A stretch of DNA of 36,707 nt from Octopus bimaculoides (GCF_001194135.2 NC_068984.1:9939869-9976575), one strand, 5' to 3'. Numbered from the stretch's first letter, positions 9,717-20,980 are shown. Notes: a model not told the origin generated them from the sequence alone. Made by a program: numbers and translations.

Positions 9717-10506
9717 CCTTTAAAACTCTTTAATGGTATGGGAGGTGAGTGAGATTGGGCGATAGTTGACTGCGAGGGATCTATTTCCCTGTTTGAAAAC
9801 CGGGATGACAGACTGGGATAGGAGCTGTTTCGGTATATAACCAGAGTCTAAAGAATTTCTCCAGACGATGGTCAAAGGACTGCAAGTTGGTGCCTACATT
9901 CCTTCAGGAGACTAGCGGGGAATCTATCAGGGCTTACAGCAGAATAGTATTTGACCTCATTTATTACTGCTATGATGTCCGAAGCAGTGAATGTTATGTC
10001 CGAAATTTTATGTTGGAAATCGCCTTCGTTCACTTCCCTTACGTCGGGTGAACGTTCTGTGTCTAGTTCTGGAAATTATATTTTATAAATCGACAGACTA
10101 CGCTGATGATCCTGCAGATATTTACTTATGTAAGTATTAACAGGTGAAACAATTGGTACGTAGGTTAATCGTTTTTTTTTTATTTAGTATTTTTTCATTT
10201 ATCTTGCCCTTTTACAGTCTGTCGTCTCGCTGAAATTTTACTGAGAACATATTCTTCATGGTTAGATGATTCGGCATCTATTTCTAGCATATAGGAGTCC
10301 ACTTTTGCTGGNNNNNNNNNNNNNNNNNNNNNNNNNNNNNNNNNNNNNNNNNNNNNNNNNNNNNNNNNNNNNNNNNNNNNNNNNNNNNNNNNNNNNNNNN
10401 NNNNNNNNNNNNNNNNNNNNNNNNNNNNNNNNNNNNNNNNNNNNNNNNNNNNNNNNNNNNNNNNNNNNNNNNNNNNNNNNNNATATATATATATATATAT
10501 ATATAA

Positions 10507-10570
10507 GGTGATGTCCCAGCATAGCCGCAGCTTAATGGCTGAAACAAGTAAAAGATAAGCGATAAAAGAT
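10507..10570 (+). mobile_element. SINE family B-type 3' tail
   Basis: cccagcatagccgcagcttaatggctgaaacaagtaaaagata matches 19954-19999. Confidence 0.75.
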
Positions 10571-10959
10571 ATGGAATTAAAGAATTACGTAACACAATCA
10601 ACGAAATATAACGATGTGCTTTATTGTTGCTTTGTGTCGGTTTTCTCAATGGAGAAGGGTTTTAAGCATGCAACTGTAATAATAGTTGACTGTGGCCAGT
10701 GGATCGCTTCTTCTATTTTACATATAAAACTATAAAAGAACATTTAATTTTTTTAAATAAAAGTTCGTTTTGATAAGAAGAGAATTTCATTAATAAACCT
10801 TTTATCTTGCGTAATTAGATTCGTGAATTTTTGAATACAAATTTAAATTAATGTCTGTTTATTTCCGCTGTTGTCAATATATATTTTCAACATATTTTGT
10901 TTATTGCTAGTGATATTTTAATAGACCAATGAAATTTATGAAGCATTGACGGCATATCA

Positions 10960-11047
10960 GTGTTTTTAATGTGGTTTGACGTGTTCTGATTTGGAATTCT
11001 GTCGAGGTCGGCGTTGCTTTCATTCTTCCGATGTCGATAAAATTAAA
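10960..11047 (+). mobile_element. Degenerate SINE family A, cut by a MITE
   Basis: aattctgtcgaggtcggc...tttcattcttccgatgtcgataaaattaaa, ending at the TA where the MITE begins. Confidence 0.6.
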
Positions 11048-11049
11048 TA

Positions 11050-11255
11050 CAGTGATCCCTCGCAATATAGCGGTTCACCTATCGCGCATTCAATACATCG
11101 CGGATTTTTTCTGGCTAATATATGTAAATTTATATTGCGGACTCCTCAGTATATCTGGGTTTCTGTGGCTGATAGCTATTTATATTTCTTTAGATTCTAA
11201 TTATTTCTGTGGAAGGTTTTGGAAAGTAACACCCGCGATAGTCGAGGGATTTCTG
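11050..11255 (-). mobile_element. Tigger/pogo-type MITE with TA TSD
   Basis: TA|CAGTGATCCCTCG...CGAGGGATTTCTG|TA. Same family as 22932-23251, in opposite orientation. Confidence 0.88.
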
Positions 11256-11266
11256 TATTGAGTTTA

Positions 11267-12455
11267 TTGGGGTGTCAGGTAAATTTGTTCGTTCTTTTTC
11301 TATTAATTTTAATATTCTCTTTTCATGAACATTTAAAACAAAACAGATTGTAATATATTCTGCTTCATTGTCCACGAGATCTTGCTTAGTTTCCACTAAC
11401 TTGTCGATGCCTTGTCGGTAGAAATCACCGGGTTTTACCTCCTAGAATTTATTCAGCCATGTTGAACGAAACATCTCGCAGAATGTTGGAAATCAACAAA
11501 AGAATCTGAAGGTGTTCTGTCAGGAGAATACGGTCGGAGCAGTAGAACATCTCAACCAAACTTTTGAATGCATTCGATTCGTTTCAATAAGATTGCCTCG
11601 TTGTGTCGGTGCATTTATTGGACGTAAACGCATGCATTGGCCGTGCGGTTATTTCCAAGTATTTCGCAGTGGACAAGCACTTACCAGTCCCACCAAACAC
11701 AGCAACTTTTGCTTGATTCGAGTTGTTGCTTGCTTGTCAGGTTTCAGCCATTCGTTCCTCTGTTTTATATTGATGTAAAAACACCATTTTCATTGCCAGT
11801 AATAATGTAGTAAAGAAACCTGTTTGTGCCCACGAGTGGCTTTTGGTGCCGAGAGAGCAAACAGGCGGTGGCAAAAGGAGGAGCGTTGGAGCTTGACTCG
11901 TTCGGAGTGTGTGGTACCCATACACTGCGTTTTTGAACGTTGCACATCGAGTAAAGGTGACGGACAACAGTATCATGATGACATCCAATCTATATCCAAT
12001 CTGCTGGGACAATTCCTTCGCGGAATGGCGAGAATTATTGTGGATGGGTTCGCTCAATCGATCCTCATTGAATTGAACAGGTCGGCCGGAAGGCGAAGAG
12101 TCTGTGAGATGGAATTTCTCCTCCTTGAAACGTGAAAATCATTTCTAAGTAGTTCTTTCAGCAATAGCACCTTCTCCGTAGACAACCCAAATGTCTCCAG
12201 CGGATTTGGAAGCTTTTGAAACTTGACTGAAAGCGAAGAGAAGCAGCTGTCGAAAATGCTCATTTTTGTCCTCTTGGCACTCATTGTCGTATGTCTTGGA
12301 AGAGGAAAAATATAGTCAAATTTCAAAAGCGACCAACAACAGTCGTAGAAGAACAACAAACCTACAAAACCCAATAAATTAATACAATAAAAATGTTTTT
12401 CGTTTTAATTCAAAAAACATTTGAAAGAAATGAACGAATTTATCTGACAATTCAA
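11267..12455 (-). mobile_element. Decayed mariner (DD34D-type) transposon
   Basis: About 28-bp imperfect TIRs (ttggggtgtcaggtaaatttgttcgtt / aatgaacgaatttatctgacaattcaa). Frameshifted transposase with KNEHFR, VYGEGAIAERT, SGRP, VWVPH, YSPD (11519-11530) and FYRQGIDKL..VDNEAEYI. Start codon near 12284. Confidence 0.9.
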
Positions 12456-12773
12456 CAATAATTTAGAACGGGTTTTGTGTGACTGCATTTAACCTTTTCC
12501 CTAATTCGAAACCCTTTGCATATGTTGGAAACCAACATATGTTGCGAATTCCAATCCCACCAAAGTCAATTTCACCTTTCAATTCCTGGTGTCGATGTTT
12601 ATAAGTGCCATTCAAATACTGGGGGCAGTTCATTGCTCGTGGTTAATATGCCTATTAGAAATCAATATGAATGTGTGCGTGTGGGTGCATATGAATACAG
12701 TGAAGGGATTTCTGCACAGTTGAAGCGTATTTTTTCTCGGACCCAAGGATTTATCCTCAAAACTTGGACTTAC

Positions 12774-12836
12774 CTTTGGATATAGCCATGATTCTAAATC
12801 CCCTTGCACGTGATGGTTGTTGTTTTTCTTTCAATT
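12774..12836 (-). other. Candidate 63-bp internal exon (unassigned)
   Basis: Acceptor attttgcttcgtAG and donor AAG|GTAAGT. Open in phase 1-1 (xLKEKQQPSRARGFRIMAISK). No recognisable homology. Confidence 0.25.
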
Positions 12837-12970
12837 CTACGAAGCAAAATGATTGTATAACAAATTTTCATTTCATTACATAGTTCTTTACATTTTTATG
12901 GAACTCTACAAGGTCTTTTGAAATGCAGGAGTTGAAATGCCAGTGTTCCATAGAATGGTCTGCTTCTTTC

Positions 12971-13201
12971 GGCGGCGAGCTGGCAGAAACCTTAGCACGC
13001 CAGGCGAAATGCTTAGCGGTATTTCGTCTGCCGTTACGTTCTGAGTTCAAATTCCGCCGAGGCCGACTTTGCTTTTAATCCTTTCGGGGTCGATAAATTA
13101 AGTACCAGTTACGTACTGGGGTCGATGTAATCGACTTAATCACCTTGTCTGTCCTTGTTTGTCCCCTCTATGTTTAGCCCCTAGTGGGCAATAAAGAAAT
13201 A
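12971..13201 (+). mobile_element. Full-length young tRNA-derived SINE family A with perfect 19-bp TSD
   Basis: TSD agaatggtctgcttctttc at 12952-12970 and 13202-13220. Head ggcggcgagctggcag, B-box gagttcaaattcc, A-rich tail. Confidence 0.95.
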
Positions 13202-13934
13202 AGAATGGTCTGCTTCTTTCACATTCACAAGTGATTGAGTTGGTATTGGGGCCCTATTTGAACAAAGCAACTTTTTGGTCGACCTTTACTCGTCCTTAGA
13301 TGGCTGAGTGTCTTCAATTGAACCCATGGTGCTTCTTAGCCAGAAAGGAGGTCTCTAGCAGGAGGTAATCCCATGCAGGTGGGCCATTCTCATGCTTTTC
13401 CATCTGGAACTGCAGTCAGTTTTCTTCCCGAGATCTTGTTAGGGGCCGGACATGGCTTTGGAATTTTATTGACGTTGTTGTTATTGTTGGTTGTTGTGCA
13501 GTAATGTACAATAACAACAACAACAACGACGAAAATAACTACGATGTCACCTGGAGATTCTGTATCAGATTTATTAGGAAGAGAAAATGAGATTGTACTA
13601 TGTCGATGCAGCTTTGCAGAGATATTTGCCCACACAAATAGAATTATGGGAAAAAGCTTTCATTGGTGTCAGGGAATATTGTCAGAAACATAATTTCAGA
13701 TCTAGTTTATGCCGTTATATTTTATAATAAATACTTTAGAAAGACGAAATTGCATGGCAAGTTTGAATGAGAAGAGTTATGATAAATAAATACTAATATA
13801 ATTGAGAATCAGTGACAATAATGACGAACAATAAATATATATATATACAATACAACAATAAACGAGGGAATAATATAATAATTATAAGAATAATAAACCA
13901 GTTCAGAATGAAAGCTCAAGCCCACTCGTATTTA

Positions 13935-13953
13935 ATGAGAGAGAGATGGATAG

Positions 13954-14031
<78 letters not shown>

Positions 14032-14062
14032 GAGAAAGTGAGGGAGGGAGAGAGAGGGAGAG
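13935..14062. repeat. (GATA)n/(GA)n microsatellite
   Basis: Read directly from the sequence. Confidence 0.95.
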
Positions 14063-14499
14063 AAATGTTCTGTCGTGTGACAGTTCTGTGATGGAAACTG
14101 TTCTTGAAGCTGGTTTTCTAGCCATGCAAATTCCAGCAATGTTTCCCTGGTAGATGGTGGTCATCACCGCAAGGAAGAAATTATAAACGCAACTGTCTCT
14201 TCAACTCTTGTACTGTTCTCATGAACAGATTCTTCACGAAGCCAACCAGCAAGCCTTTATGTTAAGAAGGCCTTTAGTATCAGGAATGGTAAGATGTACA
14301 TAAGAACTCGTAGAGTCACATCTGTATTGAGAGAAAAATAATGAATCTTTAATTTTACTAATTCATAAATATGGAACTTGTATTAAATCATTGCTTTGGT
14401 TTTAAGGATTAAACTCTTTTTGTTATTTTCTTTTTCATTTCTACACTGCATCAACGAGCGGGGTGAAATTTCTCCAGCAGTCAAGAAGTTTGCCATCTC

Positions 14500-14570
14500 T
14501 GGTTTATTGTCACTCGACCTGCTAGAAATAACAGTCGAAATTCTCTGAAATGACACATCCCGTGTTTTAA
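14500..14570 (-). repeat. Fragment of an interspersed repeat (ctcgacctgctagaaata motif)
   Basis: Related degenerate segments at about 4545-4575 (+), 7085-7115 (-) and 21610-21670 (+). Confidence 0.45.
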
Positions 14571-14662
14571 ATTAAAAAGAAGAATGAAACATTTGGATCA
14601 CGTAGTTCCTGATAAAAAAAGGAAGGTTAGTCACAACTGGAACGTCTTCCATCGTGGCTAAG

Positions 14663-14675
14663 CAACAACAACAAA

Positions 14676-14730
<55 letters not shown>
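14663..14730. repeat. (CAA)n/(CTA)n trinucleotide repeat
   Basis: Read directly from the sequence. Confidence 0.95.
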
Positions 14731-14731
<1 letters not shown>

Positions 14732-15675
14732 AGATTCCTCAATGTCTGTGTGAGTGTGAATGCGACATAATAAAACACAATATAAGACAGGGCGTCGTGT
14801 AAACAAAAAGTGTGTGTATACAAATATGTATATGAATGCAAGAGATACAGAGCATAGAAAACAGTCTATAATAAGGACATTAGAAGAATGTCCAGACACA
14901 AGGATGAGAAATACCAGTTCGTATTCATGGTACACAGTGGTAGAGGTGCTGTACAAGAAATCGTGGGCGAATAGCAGAGCCGGAGAAAAGATACTGTCGC
15001 CCGAGAAGTTGAGGCTACGATGGTGCGACCGGTTACTTGGTACAGGAGGTCTCGCAGGTTGTACTCGCTGTTATTCATGGTGAAGCAATTCACACAAACA
15101 GTATTGAAAGAACCTGTGTGAGTGCTGTTGGTGGTGTGTACATAGAGACGTCGGTGTAGACGTTGTCGACGAAGAAGCTGATGGTGGTGTCGAAGATGGA
15201 GTTTGCAGCAAGGTGTTAAAAGAAGTGTTGGATCTCCATGAAGGTTTGTCGTGTCGTCGCTGGAAACTGGCTAGTGTTCGGTGGTCAGCGGCTAGACCTC
15301 AGAAGGTCTAAAGCCGAAGACAAACTTTAGCGCAGACAAGCTAGCTATTTATGAGAAATAATTGACTCAAACAGGGGTTCAGAAAACTGTTCCACGTGAC
15401 CTTATCAGAAGGCTGCTATTGGTTGGTTTGCACCCTGGCGCGAAATAGAACAAGAGACAAAAATGCACCAATACCAACCAATCAGAGTGGTGGACACAAC
15501 AAGGTCCAAAGATGCGGCCGAAGGCTAGCCTTTATCTGCTACGTCCGCATTCATATATATATATATAACTGAGAGTGGAGAGAAGTTTCGCTACAGTATA
15601 CTAATACTTCATTGTACATCTCGCACACATACATGCACGCATACACACATACACACATACACACACATGCATACA

Positions 15676-15846
15676 TATACGACGGGCTTCTTTCAGTTTC
15701 CGTCTACCAAATCCACTTACAAAGCATTGGTTGGTCTGGGGCTATGGTAGAAGACGCTTGCCCGAGATAAAAGGCAGCGAGAATGAACCCGAAACCACGT
15801 GGCTGCAAAACCGGCTTCTTAACTACACAGCCACAGCTGCACCTAT
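15676..15846 (-). mobile_element. SINE family B, 5' half
   Basis: gacgggcttctttcagtttccgtctaccaaatccac...cttgccc...gaacccgaaaccacgtgg is the reverse complement of 19560-19722. Confidence 0.85.
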
Positions 15847-16075
15847 GATATTAAGATTTTTTTTATCTTGCTGTGTCTAGAAGGGGCGGTGCCAATGAGC
15901 CTTGCAGACCTTCCGGTGAGTCGGCGCCATTTATGTTCTCTTTAAACAATTGTGAGTCAACGTCTTCCGGAAATACACAGGCAACGAAGTGATTCACAAA
16001 ATCCAATTGTTTGGGATTAGAACTGGGCATATTGGTTTGTACATATTCTGGGATATGTGGACGTAAGAAGGGCAT

Positions 16076-16133
16076 ATATTCCACATATAAAACAAGAAGA
16101 GTCAGAACTGCTCTTGTTTTATATGTAGAATAT
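16076..16133. other. Isolated hairpin, 22-bp stem with 1 mismatch and 14-nt loop
   Basis: atattccacatataaaacaaga pairs with tcttgttttatatgtagaatat. Confidence 0.8.
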
Positions 16134-17231
16134 TTCAGTGAGTCCGGTACCAACTCCTCTTTAAATGCTAAATATTGTTTTACTATAGTGTACTCTTGTA
16201 GATAAGTTTCATCTATCTAACACGTTGTAATTGGCAATGGCTAGAAATGAAAAACGTCGAAAAGTGCAGATATAGTCTATGAATAAAGCTGTAAGTCTAC
16301 GATATACTAATGTGACTGTATTGTTTGATAAATAGGTTGATTGACTAATAATAAAGTTAATATCATTGACGTTAGAGAGAAGACATTGAACCAAAAGAGT
16401 AAATTAAAAAGCTTGTAAATAGAAAATGAAAAACATCACGTGTATAAATTTAAATACAGAAATATTTATGTAAATCAGGAAATTGTCGATTTTTCATTCT
16501 CCTCGGTTCTAACAAATAGATATGCAAATGATATTTAAAAAAAAATGCGTGATGTCAATGAAACAAGAAGATGAAAAAAATAAAAGATGGACTCCGTCAC
16601 CGAATGACATAGGTGTGATGTCAGCAGTGAAATAAGAAATAATAGACACTTATTATTAAAAAAGACAAATAAAGCTATTAAGGACAGCTGATTACACAAA
16701 TACTAAAGTAGCGATGTAGTATCAACTCAACCATGGGTTGCAAAAGTTATAGAAACGCTTTGATGGATGCGTTTGTAATCTGAGCGGTGAGTATATCTCG
16801 CCGCTTGGTTAAAACAATTGCCTGGCCCACGAGTTCCTTTAGCAAATTCGTTCTGCTCCACTCGTTCGGACCAGGCTCGCAGTAGGTGGTTTCCAAGATC
16901 TCTCGACACACCGTCAGCCTTTTATACTTCCCAAAATGTCAGAAATTGGAACTAAACCCGCTGCTCAAACCTTCACTCATTTTTCGAAAATCTATAGCTT
17001 CCGGTGTCCACCATAGATCTAATTCACCAACTCTTACTAAGACGCGACCAACATCTCACCAATTCTTTTCTGAGACACAAATCTCTCAACTTCAATCTAC
17101 AAAGCCGACTCTGCAATCCATTCTACACTCTTTACTTAAACTTCACTCCAAAGAGTGATGTCTGCACATACATAGACTCCACTCTCCCCGACACTCACAT
17201 CTCTTGTTTTCTTTTTCTTTCTTTTTATATA

Positions 17232-17272
17232 TTTTTACTTGTTTCAGACATTAGACTGCGGCCAGGTCTGGA
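17232..17272 (-). mobile_element. SINE family B-type 3' tail fragment
   Basis: tttacttgtttcagacattagactgcggcca. Confidence 0.7.
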
Positions 17273-17383
17273 CTTACAGACACACTGTCTCCTCTTTGTG
17301 AATTTTCTACCGCTACCACAATGGTCTCTGCTCCTAGGAGCTAGATGATTTCGTGTAACCTCTATCCTCAACTCACACGTTGT

Positions 17384-17696
17384 GAAGGCGTGTGGCTTAG
17401 TGGTTAGGGTATTCTGCTCACGGTCATGTAGTCATGAGTTCGATTCCCGGCGGCGCGTTGTGTCCTTGAGCAAGAAACTTTATTTCATTTTGTTCCAGTC
17501 CACTCAGCTAGCAGAAATGAGTTGTACATGTAATTCAAATAACAAGCCATCTCACATTCTGAATCACCCTGAGAACTACATCCGGGATACACGTGTCTGT
17601 GGAGTGTTCAGCCACTTGCACGTTAATTTCACGAGCAGGCTGTTCCGTGGATCGGATCAACTGGAACCCTCGTCATTATAGCCGACGGGGATCCAG
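17384..17696 (+). mobile_element. Full-length tRNA-derived SINE family C
   Basis: A-box tggcttagtgg (17393-17403), B-box gagttcgattccc (17436-17448), CORE-like gtgtccttgagcaag, and the shared 3' tail. Confidence 0.88.
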
Positions 17697-18462
17697 ATGA
17701 CTCACTCACTTCTTCTCCCTTCCCCCATGTTGTGTTCAATTTACTCCCTTCTCACCACTAACCCCCTAAGCCAAATCCTTCCTTCTTAGATCGTCGATCT
17801 ACTGTAACTTCCTTTCTTGCGGTGGTTAACTTGCAACTCCGATAGACTCCCTCGTCACTCCGACGAATGAAGGCCTGTAGAAAACGACCACCACTCTATG
17901 GCTCCCTGTAAACAGGGTCACAGTTGAAGATCTCCAATAGCATCCTCTACCTGTCCTTATCATCTCTTTCCCTATCGCCACTGGACTTATGAAGAAAGTG
18001 TGATGATGGTGATGCTGGTATCTAGATTTGCTGAACAAACATATCGATGAATATCATTATGGTGGACACGTATCATTGTAGTGTGCAGAGCCAGTCCCAC
18101 TCTTTGTCCGTCAAATTTGTATTGGTTTGGTGCAACATGTGCCAGGAGCCCAGTGGTTATCAGGATGTAAGGTTTGTAAGGATTTACCTTCTCTTAGATG
18201 AGCAGCTAAAGAGCTGAAGGGCTTCATCTGGTTTTGATTCGTTTAGGTGTCTGTCAGTGACCATCTTCCAGAAGCAATTCCATGACATGCTGGTTACCTT
18301 GTAGATGGAGCTCTAGAAGGTGCTACTACGACGGGGCAGATTAGAACTAGGAACAATAGTGACTAAGAAGTGGTTTCACACCCTTCAAAACCTTGGCATT
18401 CTACCAGCAGGGTCCCACTGTTGGATGCGGTGTAATATCATTCCTGAGTATGATAGTCAAAA

Positions 18463-18655
18463 CTACTGGTTCTCAATTTTTATGTCCAGGGCAGATCCAA
18501 AACCGGGATTGTTTTAGGGTGCTGCACCAACAAAAGTAAAGCACAAGCCAATTAAAGAAAAAAATATAGTATTTATAAAGGGAAGACCGTCGAAGGCCGC
18601 CAAGAGAATGCTTGAGGGCCACATGCATCCCTGGGAGCTACGGTTGAGAACTGAT
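18463..18655. mobile_element. Degenerate hAT/Charlie-type MITE
   Basis: Ends ctactggttctcaa ... ttgagaactgatg resemble CAGTGGTTCTCAA TIRs; no intact 8-bp TSD. Confidence 0.5.
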
Positions 18656-19021
18656 GATCTAAGCGTTTCGTTAACGGCATCAGTTCTACTAATCTTGTCG
18701 GAGCTGCTTCTGCGAAGTACACGAACACTGTCCATTCCTCCAAAAATATAGCAAAAAAAAAAAGACAAACAAAAAATGATTAAAATGTTTTCCATCATTT
18801 GATAAAGAAGGTATGACATCGCTGTTGAAATGATAAACAATAGGGTTTCCTTTTATTTCAAAGACAAAAAAGAAAAGAAAACAAAACAAATCTACTATTG
18901 TTACCCGACTCCTACTCATCCGGTGGTTGAAAAAAGTCATAGAGATGATTTTCGTAGATGTTTTGTATGATAGCTTCTCCTTTATCATCTGAAGACTGGG
19001 AATATATTAACCCAGTTGTTG

Positions 19022-19024
19022 ATA

Positions 19025-19082
<58 letters not shown>

Positions 19083-19107
19083 CTCTATCTATCTATCTGT
19101 CTATCTC
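19022..19107. repeat. (TATC)n microsatellite
   Basis: Read directly from the sequence. Confidence 0.95.
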
Positions 19108-19559
19108 CCTTTCATTCTTTAAATGAAACTATAGACAATAGGTAAATAGCATTGTATCAAAGTCTGGTAAAGGGAAATAATTCAAAGAAACCAATGGCAT
19201 TGATTAAGGTAAATGACGTAAGGGCAAACGTACTCAATTTAGTGTTAGAATACGTCTCTCCCCACCGCCAAAAGATCTTAATGAATTTAAATTTCGTTTT
19301 TAGTCAGAGGTGTAAAACAAAAGCCGTTATTATCAACCGCTATGCAAACAAAAATCAGGTTTTCCTTTATATTTGACAATTAATATCGTATTTGAGCTTT
19401 CATTCATATGTCATGTAACATTCCCCTCTCCCCTGCTACCTTCCAACTATTAGAATTGCAAACATTTTTTCTCTCTTTTGGTGGTAGCATAGAAGTAATA
19501 ATTTATAGCTCAAAGTGTAAAACATGGGGGTGAACGCTCGAATCTACTTAGAGTTCATA

Positions 19560-19730
19560 GGCGTAGGAGTGGCTGTGTGGTAAGTAGCTTGCTTACCAAC
19601 CACATGGTTCCGGGTTCAGTCCCACTGCGTGGCACCTTGGGCAAGTGTCTTCTACTATAGCCTTGGGCTGACCAAAGCCTTGTGAGTAGATTTGGTAGAC
19701 GGAAACTGAAAGAAGCCCGTCGTATATATG

Positions 19731-19767
<37 letters not shown>

Positions 19768-20000
19768 ATGTATATTGTGTGTGTGCATATGTTTGTGTGT
19801 CTGTGTTTGTCCCCCCAACATCGCTTGACAACTGATGCTGGTGTGTTTACGTCCCCGTAACTTAGCGGTTCGGCAAAAGAGACCGATAAAATAAGTACTA
19901 GGCTTACAAAGAATAAGTCCTGGGGTTGATTTGCTCGACTAAAGGCGGTGCTCCAGCATGGCCACAGTCAAATGACTGAAACAAGTAAAAGAGTAAAAGA
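19560..20000 (+). mobile_element. Full-length tRNA-derived SINE family B with internal (TA)/(TG) microsatellite
   Basis: A-box tggctgtgtggtaag, B-box gggttcagtccc, CORE-like accttgggcaagtgtctt, microsatellite at about 19723-19790, tail gactgaaacaagtaaaagagtaaaaga. Confidence 0.92.
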
Positions 20001-20056
20001 ATATTCTGTGCAGTATTTATAGTTTCCGACTTGGACACAAACCCAATTGAAATAAA

Positions 20057-20255
20057 GCGGTGGACTGGTAGTAGAATGGTTAGCACGCCGGACAAAATGC
20101 TTAACGGTATTTCGTCCGTTCAAATTCTGTCGAGATCGACTTTACTTTTCATCCCTTCGGGGGTCGATAACATAAATACTACTTGGACACTGGGTCGTTG
20201 TAATTGACCTACCCTTCCCTCGAAATTGATGACCTTGTGCCAAAATTTGTAGTCG
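20057..20255 (+). mobile_element. Degenerate SINE family A
   Basis: gttagcacgccggacaaaatgctta and ttcatcccttcgggggtcgataa. Confidence 0.8.
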
Positions 20256-20459
20256 ATATTAAGCCCAGTACAAGACAGCTGCTTCGTTGGGTGGAGTCGT
20301 GAAAGGCAAAGTTGACCTCGGCAGCATGTGATCGCAGAACGTAATGAACCGAAATAGATGCTGCAAGGCATTTTCCCGACCCCTTACGATTCAACATAAT
20401 CACCGCCTTTCTGTACCGTGTTAATGGTTAATATATCTTAATTATAATGAAGGCGAAAG

Positions 20460-20680
20460 TGGTAAGGTGGCAGAATCGTTAGTACGCCGGACAAAATGCT
20501 TAGTGGCATTTCGTCCGTCTTTACGTTCAGAATTTAAATTCCACCAAGGTTGACTTTGCCTTTCATCTTTTCGGGGTCGATAAAATAAGAACCAGTTGAA
20601 CACTGGGGTCGATGTAATCGACTTATCCCACCCCTAAAATTACTGGCTTTGTGCCAAAATTTTAAGCATTTGAAACCAGT
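20460..20680 (+). mobile_element. SINE family A (older subfamily)
   Basis: tggcagaatcgttagtacgccggac...ctggggtcgatgtaatcgactt...tttgaaacca. Confidence 0.85.
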
Positions 20681-20745
20681 AAATTTTAGAAAATTACTAT
20701 TTGTAAATCTCACAACGAGAGATATTCAGCAACAGTACTTTGGAA

Positions 20746-20980
20746 TAAAGATTGTTTGCCAACATAACATGGCTACCCTAGTTTAGGACGAATGTTGCTT
20801 TAATTTAGCCACAGGAGACATCGTCTCCAACTGGCTATACGACACGATCTGTGTCCTTGTTCGAAAATATCAGGGTACAGATCGTGTCGTATAGCCAGCT
20901 AGAGACGATGTCTCCTGGGGCTAAATTACAACATCCGTCCTAAACCAGGACTGTCATGTTATGTTGACAAATAATCTTTA
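20746..20980. mobile_element. Fold-back MITE (near-fully palindromic, about 105-bp arms)
   Basis: Left arm taaagattgtttgccaacataacatg...ctggctatacgacacgatctgt is mirrored by acagatcgtgtcgtatagccag...catgttatgttgacaaataatcttta. Confidence 0.88.

Larger units (their letters stand above)
7572..10075 (-). mobile_element. 5'-truncated, frameshifted CR1-clade LINE (ORF2 RT and C-terminus), interrupted at 8263-9013
   Basis: RT motifs YLDFSKAFDRVDH, VPQGTVLGP and FADDTKL. Downstream CR1-type IRDLGVIVDNDLSW, RTHLEYCCPLWSP and LYSLQRRRE. 3' end is a tandem (atctaagtttt) tail at 7572-7594. Confidence 0.92.

Noticed and set aside
12971-13050. tRNA gene-like A/B boxes (also 17390-17450, 19570-19625)
   Set aside because: These are SINE heads with no full cloverleaf, followed by SINE bodies.
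14229-14288. Plus-strand 60-bp exon-like segment (AG...G|GTAAGA)
   Set aside because: Weak acceptor, unrecognised peptide and no supporting neighbouring exons.
15863-16153. ORF with DSQL...ING resembling retroviral RNase H
   Set aside because: Only a 4-residue match, no other catalytic residues, and part of the ORF overlaps a DNA hairpin.
16727-16909. EQNEFAKGTRG...DYKR resembling R4/RTE-type RT motifs
   Set aside because: Spacing and residues are too divergent to support without an HMM search.
17705-17740. CA followed by TGG on the minus strand, resembling an LTR end and PBS
   Set aside because: The sequence after TGG matches no tRNA 3' end I know, and there is no partner LTR.
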